Source: Phycisphaerae bacterium
Lineage (GTDB): Bacteria; Planctomycetota; Phycisphaerae; UBA1845; Fen-1342
Length of the DNA: 64,000 nt
Assembly (NCBI GenBank): GCA_963675745.2
Contig: CAXXWX010000003.1
Location: 96,001-160,000 of the forward strand
Direction: 5' to 3'
Under the pieces are notes generated by a model. The model ran no database searches and was not told the origin of the DNA. It saw only the letters and a program-made list of their open reading frames with translations. Positions 18,415 to 27,597 of this stretch are shown here, in pieces. Each line of letters starts with the position of its first letter. Within the stretch, counting starts at the first letter, position 1. Position numbers and translations under genes: made by a program.

Positions 18415-19715
18415 AAGCTCAAACCCCGCCCGGCATGCGCGACTTCTATCCGGACGACATGCGCTTGCAGAACTGGCTCTTTGACCAGTGGCGCCAGGTC
18501 TCGCTGCGCTTTGGCTTTCAGGAATATGAAGGCCCCATCTTCGAATTCCTGGAGATGTACGAGACCAAGAGCGGCGACCAGTTGACCGCGGAGATGTTCC
18601 GGTTTGAGGACCGGGGGGGGCGTCGCTTCGCCATTCGCCCGGAGATGACGCCGACGCTGGCGCGCATGGTGGCCGCGCGCGCCAACGCCTTGCCGCGCCC
18701 GATCAAGTGGTTCAGCATCCCACGCATGTGCCGGGCCGAGCGTCCCCAGCGGGGGCGCTTGCGCGAGTTTTTCCAGTGGAACATCGACATCCTCGGCGTT
18801 GACGACGTGCTCGCCGACGCCGAGGTAATCGCCGTCGCGGTGGCCTTCCTTAAACAGGTCGGCCTCTCCAGCGACGACGTGGTAATGAAAATCAGCAGCC
18901 GCAAGCTCGCCACCGCCGTGCTGGCATCGATCGGCGTGCCGCCGGAGAAGTGCGCTGATGCGTTTCAGCTCATTGACCGCGCGGATCGACTGTCCGTCGA
19001 GGACTTCCAGCAGGCCTGGGATGAGGTATTCGGCGGCAAACCCGACGCCGGCGTGACCCGCGAACTGATCGAGACGACGGACCTCGAACACGCGTTGGGC
19101 CTTGCGGCCGAGAGCGCTTCCGGAGAAAGCGGTGGGGGGGTAGCCGCCGAGTTCCGCGACCTCTGGGAACGCCTCGGCGATTTCGGTGTCCGCGACTATT
19201 GCGCGTTTGATCTGCGTGTGGTGCGCGGGTTGGCGTACTACACCGGACCAGTTTTCGAAGCCTATATGCGGAAAACCGCCTTGCGCGCGCTCTTCGGCGG
19301 CGGACGCTACGACAACCTGACGGAACTGCTCGGCGGTCCACGCGTGACCGGTGTGGGCTTCGGTGCCGGCGACGTGCCCATCCTCGAGTGCCTGAAGGAG
19401 CTGAACAAGCTCCCGACGCCGGAAGGCGAGTTGGACGTGTTTGTCATCGACGCGGCAACTGAGATGTTCACGAAGGTGCTCGAAATTGCCAGCCGAATTC
19501 GTGATGCCGGCCTGACGGTTGACTTTTCGTACAAACGGCAAGGCGTCGGCAAGCAGTTCAAGCAAGCCAGTGCTCGCTGCGCCCGCTACGCGGTTATCGT
19601 CGGGTCCGAGTTCACCGAGCGCGGCGAGATCGTCCTGAAGAATCTCCAGAGCGGCGAACAGCACGCGCACGCGGCGGACAAGTTCCTGGCCGACCCACGG
19701 GCCGCCATTGTGTAG
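18411..19715 (+). CDS. hisS: Histidine--tRNA ligase
   Basis: PPGMRDFYP, RPEMTP, RAERPQRGRLREFFQ, VRGLAYYTG, GGGRYD.L. Confidence 0.97.
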   Translation: MKAQTPPGMRDFYPDDMRLQNWLFDQWRQVSLRFGFQEYEGPIFEFLEMYETKSGDQLTAEMFRFEDRGGRRFAIRPEMTPTLARMVAARANALPRPIKWFSIPRMCRAERPQRGRLREFFQWNIDILGVDDVLADAEVIAVAVAFLKQVGLSSDDVVMKISSRKLATAVLASIGVPPEKCADAFQLIDRADRLSVEDFQQAWDEVFGGKPDAGVTRELIETTDLEHALGLAAESASGESGGGVAAEFRDLWERLGDFGVRDYCAFDLRVVRGLAYYTGPVFEAYMRKTALRALFGGGRYDNLTELLGGPRVTGVGFGAGDVPILECLKELNKLPTPEGELDVFVIDAATEMFTKVLEIASRIRDAGLTVDFSYKRQGVGKQFKQASARCARYAVIVGSEFTERGEIVLKNLQSGEQHAHAADKFLADPRAAIV

Positions 19716-19765
19716 CCAATGATGCGGCGACCAGCCAATCTAGCGGCCCGCACCTCGCAGCCGAA

Positions 19766-19795
19766 TGTAGCGGCCTGCGCCCCGCAGGCCGTTGG
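19766..19795 (+). repeat. REP-like palindrome, GTAG-foot family
   Basis: tgtagcggcctgcgccccgcaggccgttgg is 28/30 identical to the reverse complement of 61691-61720. Confidence 0.7.
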
Positions 19796-20020
19796 ATGCG
19801 GGGGAACGCCTCCCAAGCCGGCAAACCCGTGAGCCGAAGGTCGCGACCGAACCGCGCACGAGTCCTGTCGGCACGAACCAGGCGAAGGCGGGCCGCGCAA
19901 GAATGCCAGTTACTCAGCAGAGATGCATGGACCGTTGCTGGACGGGGGGGCAGCCAAGTCGGCACGACAGCAACTTCGAAGTCACCAGAGTCGTCAAGAG
20001 TCCAGAACGTGCAACATGAA

Positions 20021-20048
20021 AAGTCCGATAAGAGATATTATGTTGCGG
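20021..20048 (+). other. dif-like (XerC/XerD) site
   Basis: AAGTCCGATAA-GAGATA-TTATGTTGCGG has the 11-6-11 layout with the ATAA-N6-TTATGTT core of dif sites. The outer XerD arm is degenerate. Confidence 0.45.
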
Positions 20049-20159
20049 TCGGTGTCGGTTGCACCAGTCACCCGTATATCACGGACTGGGCCGTTCCCCC
20101 GGGAGCGATTGGCCATGCGGACGAGTAACCACGCTGCTCGCACATGGTAGAACCGTGCC

Positions 20160-20477
20160 TCAGTCGCCCTCGTCTTCCAGCTTGTTGAAGTCGATGCGGT
20201 CGTGGATGAGGAGCTGCTTGTCGCGCTTGGTTGTGTCAAAAACGTAGAGGATCATCTGCTTCGACGCCGCGTCCATCACCAGCAGACCTTCCTTCGAGCT
20301 GCTGATGCTCTGTGTCGCCATGATGTAATCGGCGCCGCGGTCGTTCATTTTGGAAGCAAACGCCGCCGGCGGCGTCATGGAAATCAGCAGGAATCCAACG
20401 AACAGCACGCACGCCGTTATGCTCAGCACGCCGATTGCGAAGGTCTTGCCGTCCAGGTTGTTACGGGGTTGGCTCAT
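20160..20477 (-). CDS. Small membrane-anchored hypothetical protein (paralogue of its upstream neighbour)
   Basis: N-terminal TM/signal (FAIGVLSITACVLFVGFLLI), then DYIMAT...GLLVMD. RBS GGAG. Confidence 0.75.
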   Translation of the reverse strand: MSQPRNNLDGKTFAIGVLSITACVLFVGFLLISMTPPAAFASKMNDRGADYIMATQSISSSKEGLLVMDAASKQMILYVFDTTKRDKQLLIHDRIDFNKLEDEGD

Positions 20478-20482
20478 CGTTA

Positions 20483-20767
20483 TTACTCCCTGTTGCGAAA
20501 GTCGGCTTCCAGGTCACGTGAGCCGCCATAGATCAAGGCGCGTTTCCCGCGCTCATAATAGAATGAGTGCAGCCGGCGCTGCTTCACATCCATCACAAAC
20601 ACTCCGTCAAACTCACTCTGAATCTCGGCCGTGACGATCAGGTAATTGCCGCTGAGCCCACGATCCTGGGCCAGGGCGGTCGGCGGCGAGGTGCTGACGA
20701 GGATGATACCCGTCAGCAGGATCAGATTAACGCAGACCAGTGCCGCCACTGCGTATCGTTTCAACAT
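20483..20767 (-). CDS. Small membrane-anchored hypothetical protein
   Basis: Start ATG20767 with GGAG RBS. TM segment ALVCVNLILLTGIILV, PTALAQ, NYLIVT...GVFVMD. Confidence 0.75.
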   Translation of the reverse strand: MLKRYAVAALVCVNLILLTGIILVSTSPPTALAQDRGLSGNYLIVTAEIQSEFDGVFVMDVKQRRLHSFYYERGKRALIYGGSRDLEADFRNRE

Positions 20768-20814
20768 CGCAAAACTCCACGTGTACAACCGGCCCGGACC
20801 GAATCCGGTGCCGC

Positions 20815-21051
20815 CTAATCCAAGTGCGATCGGTGTGGGTGCTTGAAGGCCACCGCCAGACAGCCGACGATGAAGACGCAGCCGGCGAGCCATTGATACA
20901 ACGGCTTCTTGCGCTCCAGCAAACTGACCTCAGCCCAGTTCTTGGCCCGGTCATCGTCATCATCATCAGCCAGTGCCGTCGGCGACGCGAGCACGCACAC
21001 GCTCATGGCGCCGACAAACAGCCAGGTTCGCACACGGCAAAATCGTCTCAT
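20815..21051 (-). CDS. Small secreted/single-TM hypothetical protein
   Basis: Signal peptide ending TALA, poly-Asp run, C-terminal TM followed by FKHPHRSHLD. Start ATG21051. Confidence 0.65.
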   Translation of the reverse strand: MRRFCRVRTWLFVGAMSVCVLASPTALADDDDDDRAKNWAEVSLLERKKPLYQWLAGCVFIVGCLAVAFKHPHRSHLD

Positions 21052-21192
21052 GGTTTGAACTCCACACGGCACACAGCCGCTAACGCTATGCTAGCCCCCC
21101 CACCAGAGTCGGGCAACCCGCCAGCCGCGTTTGAAATGGCCCAGGTGCGCGCATAGGATGCCCGGCGCAGGCATCATGGTTGGAGACCCCGC

Positions 21193-21615
21193 GTGAATGG
21201 ACGATCAATAATGGCCGGTGCGCTGGTGCTTATGCTCGCCGGCGGCTGTGCGTCGCCGGGGGGCGTTGGCCAGAAGGAGATTGACGTGTCTGTTGATGAT
21301 CCGGATACCGACGGGCTCACCGCCTTTGTGTACTTCTTGCACCCCACTCGTGAAGGATTCAGCGAGAATCCAACCGACGAAGAAGTGTCCCGCGTGCAGG
21401 AGCATTTCCAGTATCTCAAGACGCTGACCGCACAGGGTGTTGTATTGCTCGCCGGACCGAGCACAGACCCGCCATTCACGGGCATCGTCGTCTTCAAAGC
21501 GGCGAATCGCGAGGCGGCCCAACGGATCATGGACGGCGACCCGGCCGTCCAGGCCGGCGTGTTTGAGGCGCGGCTGTCGGCGTTTCGCATGTCCCTGGTC
21601 GGAGACCTGAAATAG
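21193..21615 (+). CDS. YciI-family protein with a lipoprotein signal
   Basis: LAGGC lipobox; EHFQYL..L..QG.VLLAGP, GIVVF.A.....A..IM.GDPAV.AGV. Confidence 0.8.
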   Translation: MNGRSIMAGALVLMLAGGCASPGGVGQKEIDVSVDDPDTDGLTAFVYFLHPTREGFSENPTDEEVSRVQEHFQYLKTLTAQGVVLLAGPSTDPPFTGIVVFKAANREAAQRIMDGDPAVQAGVFEARLSAFRMSLVGDLK

Positions 21616-21674
21616 TCAGCCCCCCTGGTGCCCGCTGCTTTGGGATGGATCACGCCGCGCGGTGGCTGGTGATA

Positions 21675-22775
21675 TTACGGTGTCGCGGCGGCCTCGGCGG
21701 CCATTTCATCCAGCCACGCTTCGAGCTTGGTCTCGAACAGGCGTCGCACCGCCGGCGGCAATTCGTCCTCACGAATAATCGCATCGAACGTCACACCATT
21801 CGACCCAACCGGGATGCTGATGCGAAACAGCCGTGGGGACTTTGAGATCGGTTGAGCCGCGTCTTTCGGCCCTGCGAAGTGGACACCGTCGGCGAGCACT
21901 TCATAGCGCAGGCCCGTGTTTCCGCAAAGCAGCTCGAGCGTCTGGCGCACCGACAGGTCGCGCTGGATGAGATCAACAGCGCGTTCGCGGGCTGAAACCT
22001 GCCCGAGCGCGCCCGGCTCAAAATACATCGTCAACCCGGCGCGACGCCCCAGGTCCAGCAGCAGCTCATCCAGCGGCACGCGGTGGTAGCTCATATCGAG
22101 CGTTCTATCCAGCCGGTGCTGTACATCTCCAAGCCGTGTCCGCACCACCACCGTGTCTCCGTCCACGGACCAGACCCAGCCGAGCCCACGCGCCACGTTT
22201 TCCCACTGGCGCAGCGCATTGTCTCCGCCGGATTCGGCCAGCATGTCCCGCAGTTCATCGCGCGTCGGTGGCGGCTCGTCCAGCTCGAAGCGAATCGATA
22301 CGCGCTGCCCTTCGAGTGCGGCCCAGCGGTCGGACGCGAGCGCCCCCAACAGGCCGACCTCCCTGACCGTCATACGCCGACCGATGCGCTCCAGCACCGG
22401 AGCCGGGAGCAATTCGACATGTTCCTGCCGCACGTCCATCATGAGTCCCAGGCTGTCCAGGAGCTGGCGCAGCCCCTCGCGCAGTGAGAGATCCTCAATC
22501 GTCAGCGACACGCGCGTGCGCACGCCGTACGGCATCAGGGCGATCACATCATCGGCAACCTCGAGCCGCACGCCGGTTTGATCTTCCAGCATCAACAACG
22601 CCTCGCGCAGCGGCTGATCATTGATGGTGATCCGCGTCACTGGCTGGTCGAGCGCCTCTTCAAGAAGATCGCGCACGTCGTCGCCGCCGGCGTACGGAAC
22701 GCCGAGCGACAGCGCGATGACAGTCAGCCAGGCGGTGGCGCTGTGACGGCGTGGTTTGTGGGCGCGGCGCTGCAT
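21675..22775 (-). CDS. Secreted protein with repeated STN/secretin-N-like domains
   Basis: Signal peptide. Two related modules: LDQPVTRITINDQPLREALLMLEDQTGV...VSLTIEDLSLREGL and LDRTLDMSYHRVPLDELLLDLGRRAGL...VDLIQRDLSVRQTL. Confidence 0.65.
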   Translation of the reverse strand: MQRRAHKPRRHSATAWLTVIALSLGVPYAGGDDVRDLLEEALDQPVTRITINDQPLREALLMLEDQTGVRLEVADDVIALMPYGVRTRVSLTIEDLSLREGLRQLLDSLGLMMDVRQEHVELLPAPVLERIGRRMTVREVGLLGALASDRWAALEGQRVSIRFELDEPPPTRDELRDMLAESGGDNALRQWENVARGLGWVWSVDGDTVVVRTRLGDVQHRLDRTLDMSYHRVPLDELLLDLGRRAGLTMYFEPGALGQVSARERAVDLIQRDLSVRQTLELLCGNTGLRYEVLADGVHFAGPKDAAQPISKSPRLFRISIPVGSNGVTFDAIIREDELPPAVRRLFETKLEAWLDEMAAEAAATP

Positions 22776-22784
22776 GGGTCAACC

Positions 22785-23492
22785 TCAATAGAAGCCGAAC
22801 ATATACTGGTCGTCGGTCGCGCGGCCGGCAACGGGCGGTTCGACCAAAAGAAAGACCACCGGCCCGGTTTGGGCGGCTGTTCCGGGGGACTCAGCCCCCC
22901 CACTGTCATCGGCGATTAGTGTTATGCGCGCCGTGCCGTAACCGGTTGCGGCGGGCAAGTGCGTGTGGCCGGCGGGCGTCACCATCGCCATCGCGAAACC
23001 ATCGGCATCCGTGGCCACAGGCGCCTGCGATTGCCACGGTGGCAACGTGACCATCAAGACGACTGCCGCCGCCGCTGCCAGTAGGCCGCCGATCAGACGC
23101 AGCCGGCGTGGCCCGAGATTAGCCCGACTGCCGGCCCCCCTACCGCGAATCGCCGCCACTGTGCGGGCCCGGAATTTCGCCCAGTCAACGCGTTCGGCGA
23201 CTGTGGGCAGCCCGGCCAGCGCCTGCTCCAGATCGGATGCGCGTTCGGCGGCCTGCGCTTTGCCTTGGGCCGACGTCGCCGCAAGCGTCAATGTCCGCAC
23301 CCGCTGCCAGTCGATTCCGCCCGGCAGCAGCGTTGCGTCGCGGACCAGTTGGTCGAGACGCGTCCACGCGACCCATTCCTCGGCCAGTGCCGGCGTCTCC
23401 GTCACGGCTTGCTCGATCTGCCGGCGCAGGCCCGGCCGGGCGGGTTCGTCGAGCCATTCGGCGACCAGTTTTTCGAACGCGTCACGATCCAC
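22785..23492 (-). CDS. Putative anti-sigma factor (single TM)
   Basis: Directly downstream of the ECF sigma gene. Helical N-terminus (FEKLVAEWLD...), basic patch, then TM LIGGLLAAAAAVVLMVTL. Confidence 0.7.
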   Translation of the reverse strand: MDRDAFEKLVAEWLDEPARPGLRRQIEQAVTETPALAEEWVAWTRLDQLVRDATLLPGGIDWQRVRTLTLAATSAQGKAQAAERASDLEQALAGLPTVAERVDWAKFRARTVAAIRGRGAGSRANLGPRRLRLIGGLLAAAAAVVLMVTLPPWQSQAPVATDADGFAMAMVTPAGHTHLPAATGYGTARITLIADDSGGAESPGTAAQTGPVVFLLVEPPVAGRATDDQYMFGFY

Positions 23493-23549
23493 GGGATCGT
23501 CCTCTTGCTTGCGAACCGGCGGATGGGGCCGAAGCCCGCGCCGCGAGGC

Positions 23550-24155
23550 TCACAGATGCTCTGCCAGCCGTACGCGCAGTGTTTTGCGGGCCTGAAATAC
23601 GTGCCACTTCACAGCCTCGACGCTGCAGTTCATGATGCCGGCGACTTCCTTCTGGGGCAACTGCTCGATACTGAATAGCACCAGCGCCAGTCGCTGTTGC
23701 TCCGGCAATTGCCCGATCGCATCCTGCACCACCTGCGACAGCTCGGCCGCCAGCACACGCGCTTCCGGGTGCGTGTCGGCGTGTTCGGGCGTGCCGACCA
23801 GATCGCTGCTCGATCGTCCTTCGTCGAGAATACAGTCCTCGAGCGATACCTTGGGCACCCCGCTGCGGCGGGAACGCCGGTAGTTGAGCGACAGATTGCT
23901 GACGATCCGCAGGAACCACGATCCAAACCTATCCTGTTTCTCAAGCGTGTCCAGGTTTCGGTACGCACGAATAAACGCTTCCTGACTCACTTCGAGGGCG
24001 TCGTGGAGATTGCCGAGCAGGCGGTAGGCCACTGATGTGGCCCGGCGTTGATAACGCTCGACGAGCGACTCAAAGGCGTCCGGCTGCCCGGCCAATACGG
24101 CCCGCACCAGCTCACCGTCCGTCGGGTCTGTATCGGTCGAACGCTTTGTCTCCAC
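23550..24155 (-). CDS. ECF-type RNA polymerase sigma-70 factor
   Basis: DGELV..VLAG...AFESLVERYQ, DALEVSQEAFIRAY, FGSWFLRI, region 4 LPEQQR...EVAGIMNCSVEAVKWHVFQAR. Confidence 0.93.
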   Translation of the reverse strand: METKRSTDTDPTDGELVRAVLAGQPDAFESLVERYQRRATSVAYRLLGNLHDALEVSQEAFIRAYRNLDTLEKQDRFGSWFLRIVSNLSLNYRRSRRSGVPKVSLEDCILDEGRSSSDLVGTPEHADTHPEARVLAAELSQVVQDAIGQLPEQQRLALVLFSIEQLPQKEVAGIMNCSVEAVKWHVFQARKTLRVRLAEHL

Positions 24156-24358
24156 GTCACTACCTGCCTGCTAAGACACGCCCGGGGGCGAGTGGTTGGG
24201 CGGTGTCAGGTATCGTCTGGTTGAATCTTACACGAATACGGTCCCGATAACGCACGGGCCGGCCATTGCATGGACGGCTGCGACCGCGGCGTTATTCAAC
24301 TAGAATCTCCCGATCAGGCGAAACAAGCTGTCTACGTGCGTGCGAGTCGGAGAAAACC

Positions 24359-25369
24359 GTGTCAGAAACGTCGGCATCGCTCAAACCGGGGCAACCGGAT
24401 GCATCACCGGCCAATCGCTTGCGGCTGGATTATCGTGATGTGCCGCCGCGCAAGACCACCGGGCCGCTTGTGGACGTGCATACGCACCTCAAGGCCGGCG
24501 ACGAAGCGCGGCTGTTCTTGGAGGTAGCTGAGGCCTACGGTGTTGGCCATGTCGTTACGATGGCCCCCCTGGAGCATCTGCCGGCCCTGCGAGCGGCCTA
24601 TCCCGGCCGGTTGAGCTTCATCGCGATCCCCAATTGGCGGCAGATGGACCGTTCGCCAGAATTCTCCCGGACCTGGATCAGCGATTTGGGCGAGTTTCGG
24701 GAGCTGGGGGCCCGGCTGTGCAAGTTCTGGGTGGCTCCGCTGCTGCGCGGCATGTACGGACTGACGCTTGATCACGAGTTCTTCACCCCGGTGATCGAGC
24801 GGGCGCTGGAGCTCGACTTCGACTTCATGGTCCACGTCGGCGATCCCGCGCTGTGGTTTGAACCGGGGGCACGTTACGCGGATAGTGCAAAGTACGGCAC
24901 ACGCCGTCAGCAGTTTGACCAGCTCGCGTGGTTTCTGGAGCGCGTTGCCCCGCGCGTTGTAATAGGCGCCCACATGGGTGGCAGCGTCGAGGATCTGGAC
25001 TTTCTCCAGGAGTTGCTTGACCGCTACCCGAATTATCACCTGGATAGCAGCGCGACGAAGTGGATCGTCCGCGAGGTCGCAACACAACCGGAGCGCGCGC
25101 GCGAGTTCATGATTCTCAACCAAGTGCGCGTGCTGTTCGGAACGGACCTCGTCACCGACCCACAGCACAGCTTCGACCACTACGCCAGTCGCTACTGGGC
25201 GCACCTGAAACTGTGGGAGACCCCCTACCGCGGCGAAAGCTCCATTGACGATCCCGACGCGCCTGACCCGCCAATGCTGAATGGTCTCGACCTGCCGGTG
25301 GAGACGCTGGATCGAATTTACCGTGGCAACGCCGAGCGCCTCGGGTTGGTGAGCTCCTCAGGCGGGTGA
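24359..25369 (+). CDS. Amidohydrolase-superfamily metal-dependent hydrolase
   Basis: VDVHTH, MVHVGDP, VIGAHMGG, RVLFGTD, IYRGNAERL. Start GTG24359 is inferred. Confidence 0.85.
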   Translation: MSETSASLKPGQPDASPANRLRLDYRDVPPRKTTGPLVDVHTHLKAGDEARLFLEVAEAYGVGHVVTMAPLEHLPALRAAYPGRLSFIAIPNWRQMDRSPEFSRTWISDLGEFRELGARLCKFWVAPLLRGMYGLTLDHEFFTPVIERALELDFDFMVHVGDPALWFEPGARYADSAKYGTRRQQFDQLAWFLERVAPRVVIGAHMGGSVEDLDFLQELLDRYPNYHLDSSATKWIVREVATQPERAREFMILNQVRVLFGTDLVTDPQHSFDHYASRYWAHLKLWETPYRGESSIDDPDAPDPPMLNGLDLPVETLDRIYRGNAERLGLVSSSGG

Positions 25370-25437
25370 AGTGCCTTCGGCGACTCTGTATGCCGAGCAA
25401 TCGGCCATCTCTGAACCGAACCGGGGCGACGTCTGGC

Positions 25438-27438
25438 TCAGGAAGACTGGGTGGCCTGCGCGGGTTCCCTGGCCGGGGGTCGCAATGGCGGAGCCTCCAG
25501 GTGAAACTCCGGCACCATCAACTTGAGCTGCTGGCGAACGTCGTCGCGAGTCATCTCGTCGGCGCGGTCGAGGAAGCTCTCGATCTCCACAATGAGCTCA
25601 TCAAGATCGACGGGGATGTTCTGCCAGATGCCGATCTTGGGGTGTGCGGTGCGCGAGACGTTTTCGCCATCGATGGCCAGTTCTTCGTACAGTTTCTCAC
25701 CCGGCCGAATTCCGCAAAACTCGATCTTGATGTCCTCTTCCGGGCGAAATCCCGACAGCGTGATCAGATCGCGCGCCAGGTCGAGGATCTTGACCGGCTC
25801 GCCCATGTCCAGCACAAATACCTCGCCCCCGGCCCCCATGGAGGCGGCCTGCAAGACGAGTTGGGCGGCCTCGGGGATTGTCATAAAGTACCGCACCATG
25901 TCCGGGTGCGTCACCGTGACCGGGCCGCCGCGTGCGATCTGCTCCTTGAAGATCGGGATCACGCTGCCGCTGCTGCCGAGCACGTTGCCGAACCTTACCG
26001 TGACAAACTGCGTCTTCGCGCGCCGATCAAGCCCCTGAATGTACATCTCGGCGACGCGCTTTGAGCAGCCCATGATGCTGGTCGGGTTTACGGCCTTGTC
26101 CGTTGAGATCATCACGAATTTCTCAACGTCGCGCCGAACGGCGGCATCGGCAATGGTGCGTGTGCCACGCACGTTGTTCTTGATCGCCTCGCCGGGGTTG
26201 TATTCCATCATCGGCACATGCTTGTGGGCGGCGGCGTGAAAGACCGCCGTCGGCTGCCACGCGCCGAATACGCGGTCCACGCGTTTTGCGTCACAGATGT
26301 CCATGATGCACGGTATCACCTCGAGATCGGCGTGCTTGCGACGAATCTCCTTGTCGATCTCGAACAGGTTCTGCTCGGCCTGTTCGGCCAGCACCAGCCG
26401 GCGCGGCCCGATCCGGGCGACCTGCCGGCACATTTCCGACCCGATCGACCCACCAGCCCCCGTCACCATGACCACGCGGCCCTTGATGAACTTGCCGATG
26501 TCCTTTTCATCGAGCGTCACCGGCGCGCGACCGAGCAGGTCGTTGATGTCCATCTCGCGGATCTGGGCAACCTGCGCTCGGCCGGTGATCAGATCAGACA
26601 TGGCCGGAAGCGTCTTGAACCGCAGGTTGGTCCCCTGGCAGAGTTCGACCACGCGGCGCATCTGGGCGCGCGTCGCGGCCGGCATCGCTATCAGGATCTC
26701 CTCGATGTCATGCTCCGCGCACATCGATTTGATCTGTGCAAGCGATCCTAGAACCTCCACGCCGTGAATCTGCGCACCGCGTTTCGCCGGATCGTCATCA
26801 AGGAAGCCAACCACGCGATAGCTGAGCGTGGGTAGCCGCAAGATTTCGCGCACGACCGTCTCGCCGGCATCACCGGCGCCCAGGATCAGCAGTCGCGGGG
26901 CCACGGCGTCCGTGGTTGATCCAACCTCTTCGTGGTACAGGCGGACCGCCAGGCGCGCCCCACCGACCAGCGCGATCGTGCCGACGAAATCAACCAGAAA
27001 GACCGAGTCTGGAAAATCGCGTCCGCCAAACACATTGGCGCGCAGCCCGGATATCCACTCCAGGTTTGCCAACACGTAGTACAGCACGAATGTGCAGAAG
27101 AAGCTCAGCCACGCGGCGGTCGTAACCTGCATCACGTCACGCAGGCTGACGTACCGCCACCAGCCGCGATGCAGCCCCATGACCGTGAATATCGTGACTT
27201 TGATCAAAACCACGGGCACCAGCAGCGGCAGCCAGAACGTTGGCAGCCACATGCCCATGTCTCGGAAGTTGTATGCAATACCGAAAGCAAAGAACCACGC
27301 CAGCACAAACAGGCCGGCGTGGGCCAGCAGGCTGGTAGTGGCCCGGTGGCCACGTACCCAGGCCCGCAGGGCCCCGGCGTCGTTGCCGTCGTTGCCATCC
27401 GTTGGCGGGTCGTGTTGCGTTTGTTTAGCCGGATCCAC
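25438..27438 (-). CDS. Membrane-bound UDP-GlcNAc 4,6-dehydratase (CapD/PglF/WbpM family)
   Basis: N-terminal TMs, GAGDAG, GFLDDD, TGAGGSIGSE, HAAAHKHVP, ISTDKAVNP..IMG.SKR, VRFGNVLGSSGSVIP, RPGEKLYEEL. Confidence 0.93.
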   Translation of the reverse strand: MDPAKQTQHDPPTDGNDGNDAGALRAWVRGHRATTSLLAHAGLFVLAWFFAFGIAYNFRDMGMWLPTFWLPLLVPVVLIKVTIFTVMGLHRGWWRYVSLRDVMQVTTAAWLSFFCTFVLYYVLANLEWISGLRANVFGGRDFPDSVFLVDFVGTIALVGGARLAVRLYHEEVGSTTDAVAPRLLILGAGDAGETVVREILRLPTLSYRVVGFLDDDPAKRGAQIHGVEVLGSLAQIKSMCAEHDIEEILIAMPAATRAQMRRVVELCQGTNLRFKTLPAMSDLITGRAQVAQIREMDINDLLGRAPVTLDEKDIGKFIKGRVVMVTGAGGSIGSEMCRQVARIGPRRLVLAEQAEQNLFEIDKEIRRKHADLEVIPCIMDICDAKRVDRVFGAWQPTAVFHAAAHKHVPMMEYNPGEAIKNNVRGTRTIADAAVRRDVEKFVMISTDKAVNPTSIMGCSKRVAEMYIQGLDRRAKTQFVTVRFGNVLGSSGSVIPIFKEQIARGGPVTVTHPDMVRYFMTIPEAAQLVLQAASMGAGGEVFVLDMGEPVKILDLARDLITLSGFRPEEDIKIEFCGIRPGEKLYEELAIDGENVSRTAHPKIGIWQNIPVDLDELIVEIESFLDRADEMTRDDVRQQLKLMVPEFHLEAPPLRPPAREPAQATQSS

Positions 27439-27597
27439 TTGCCACCCGTGAGGGGAATGGGCCTCCTGATTGCAGCCGCCCTGCTACACCGTTGCGGAGG
27501 CCCTGCACACTACCTGGCATGGGCGTCTCACCGGTAAGGCCATCGGCGAGCCGCCGGCGCCGCTTGGCACGATATTTGGAACGCAGGTGAAAGCACA

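Noticed and set aside
19820..19970. SRP RNA or c-di-GMP riboswitch (GGCAAACC; ACCAGG...GCAGCCAAG)
   Set aside because: The SRP GNRA-capped domain IV and the riboswitch GAAA/GACGCAAA elements are missing.
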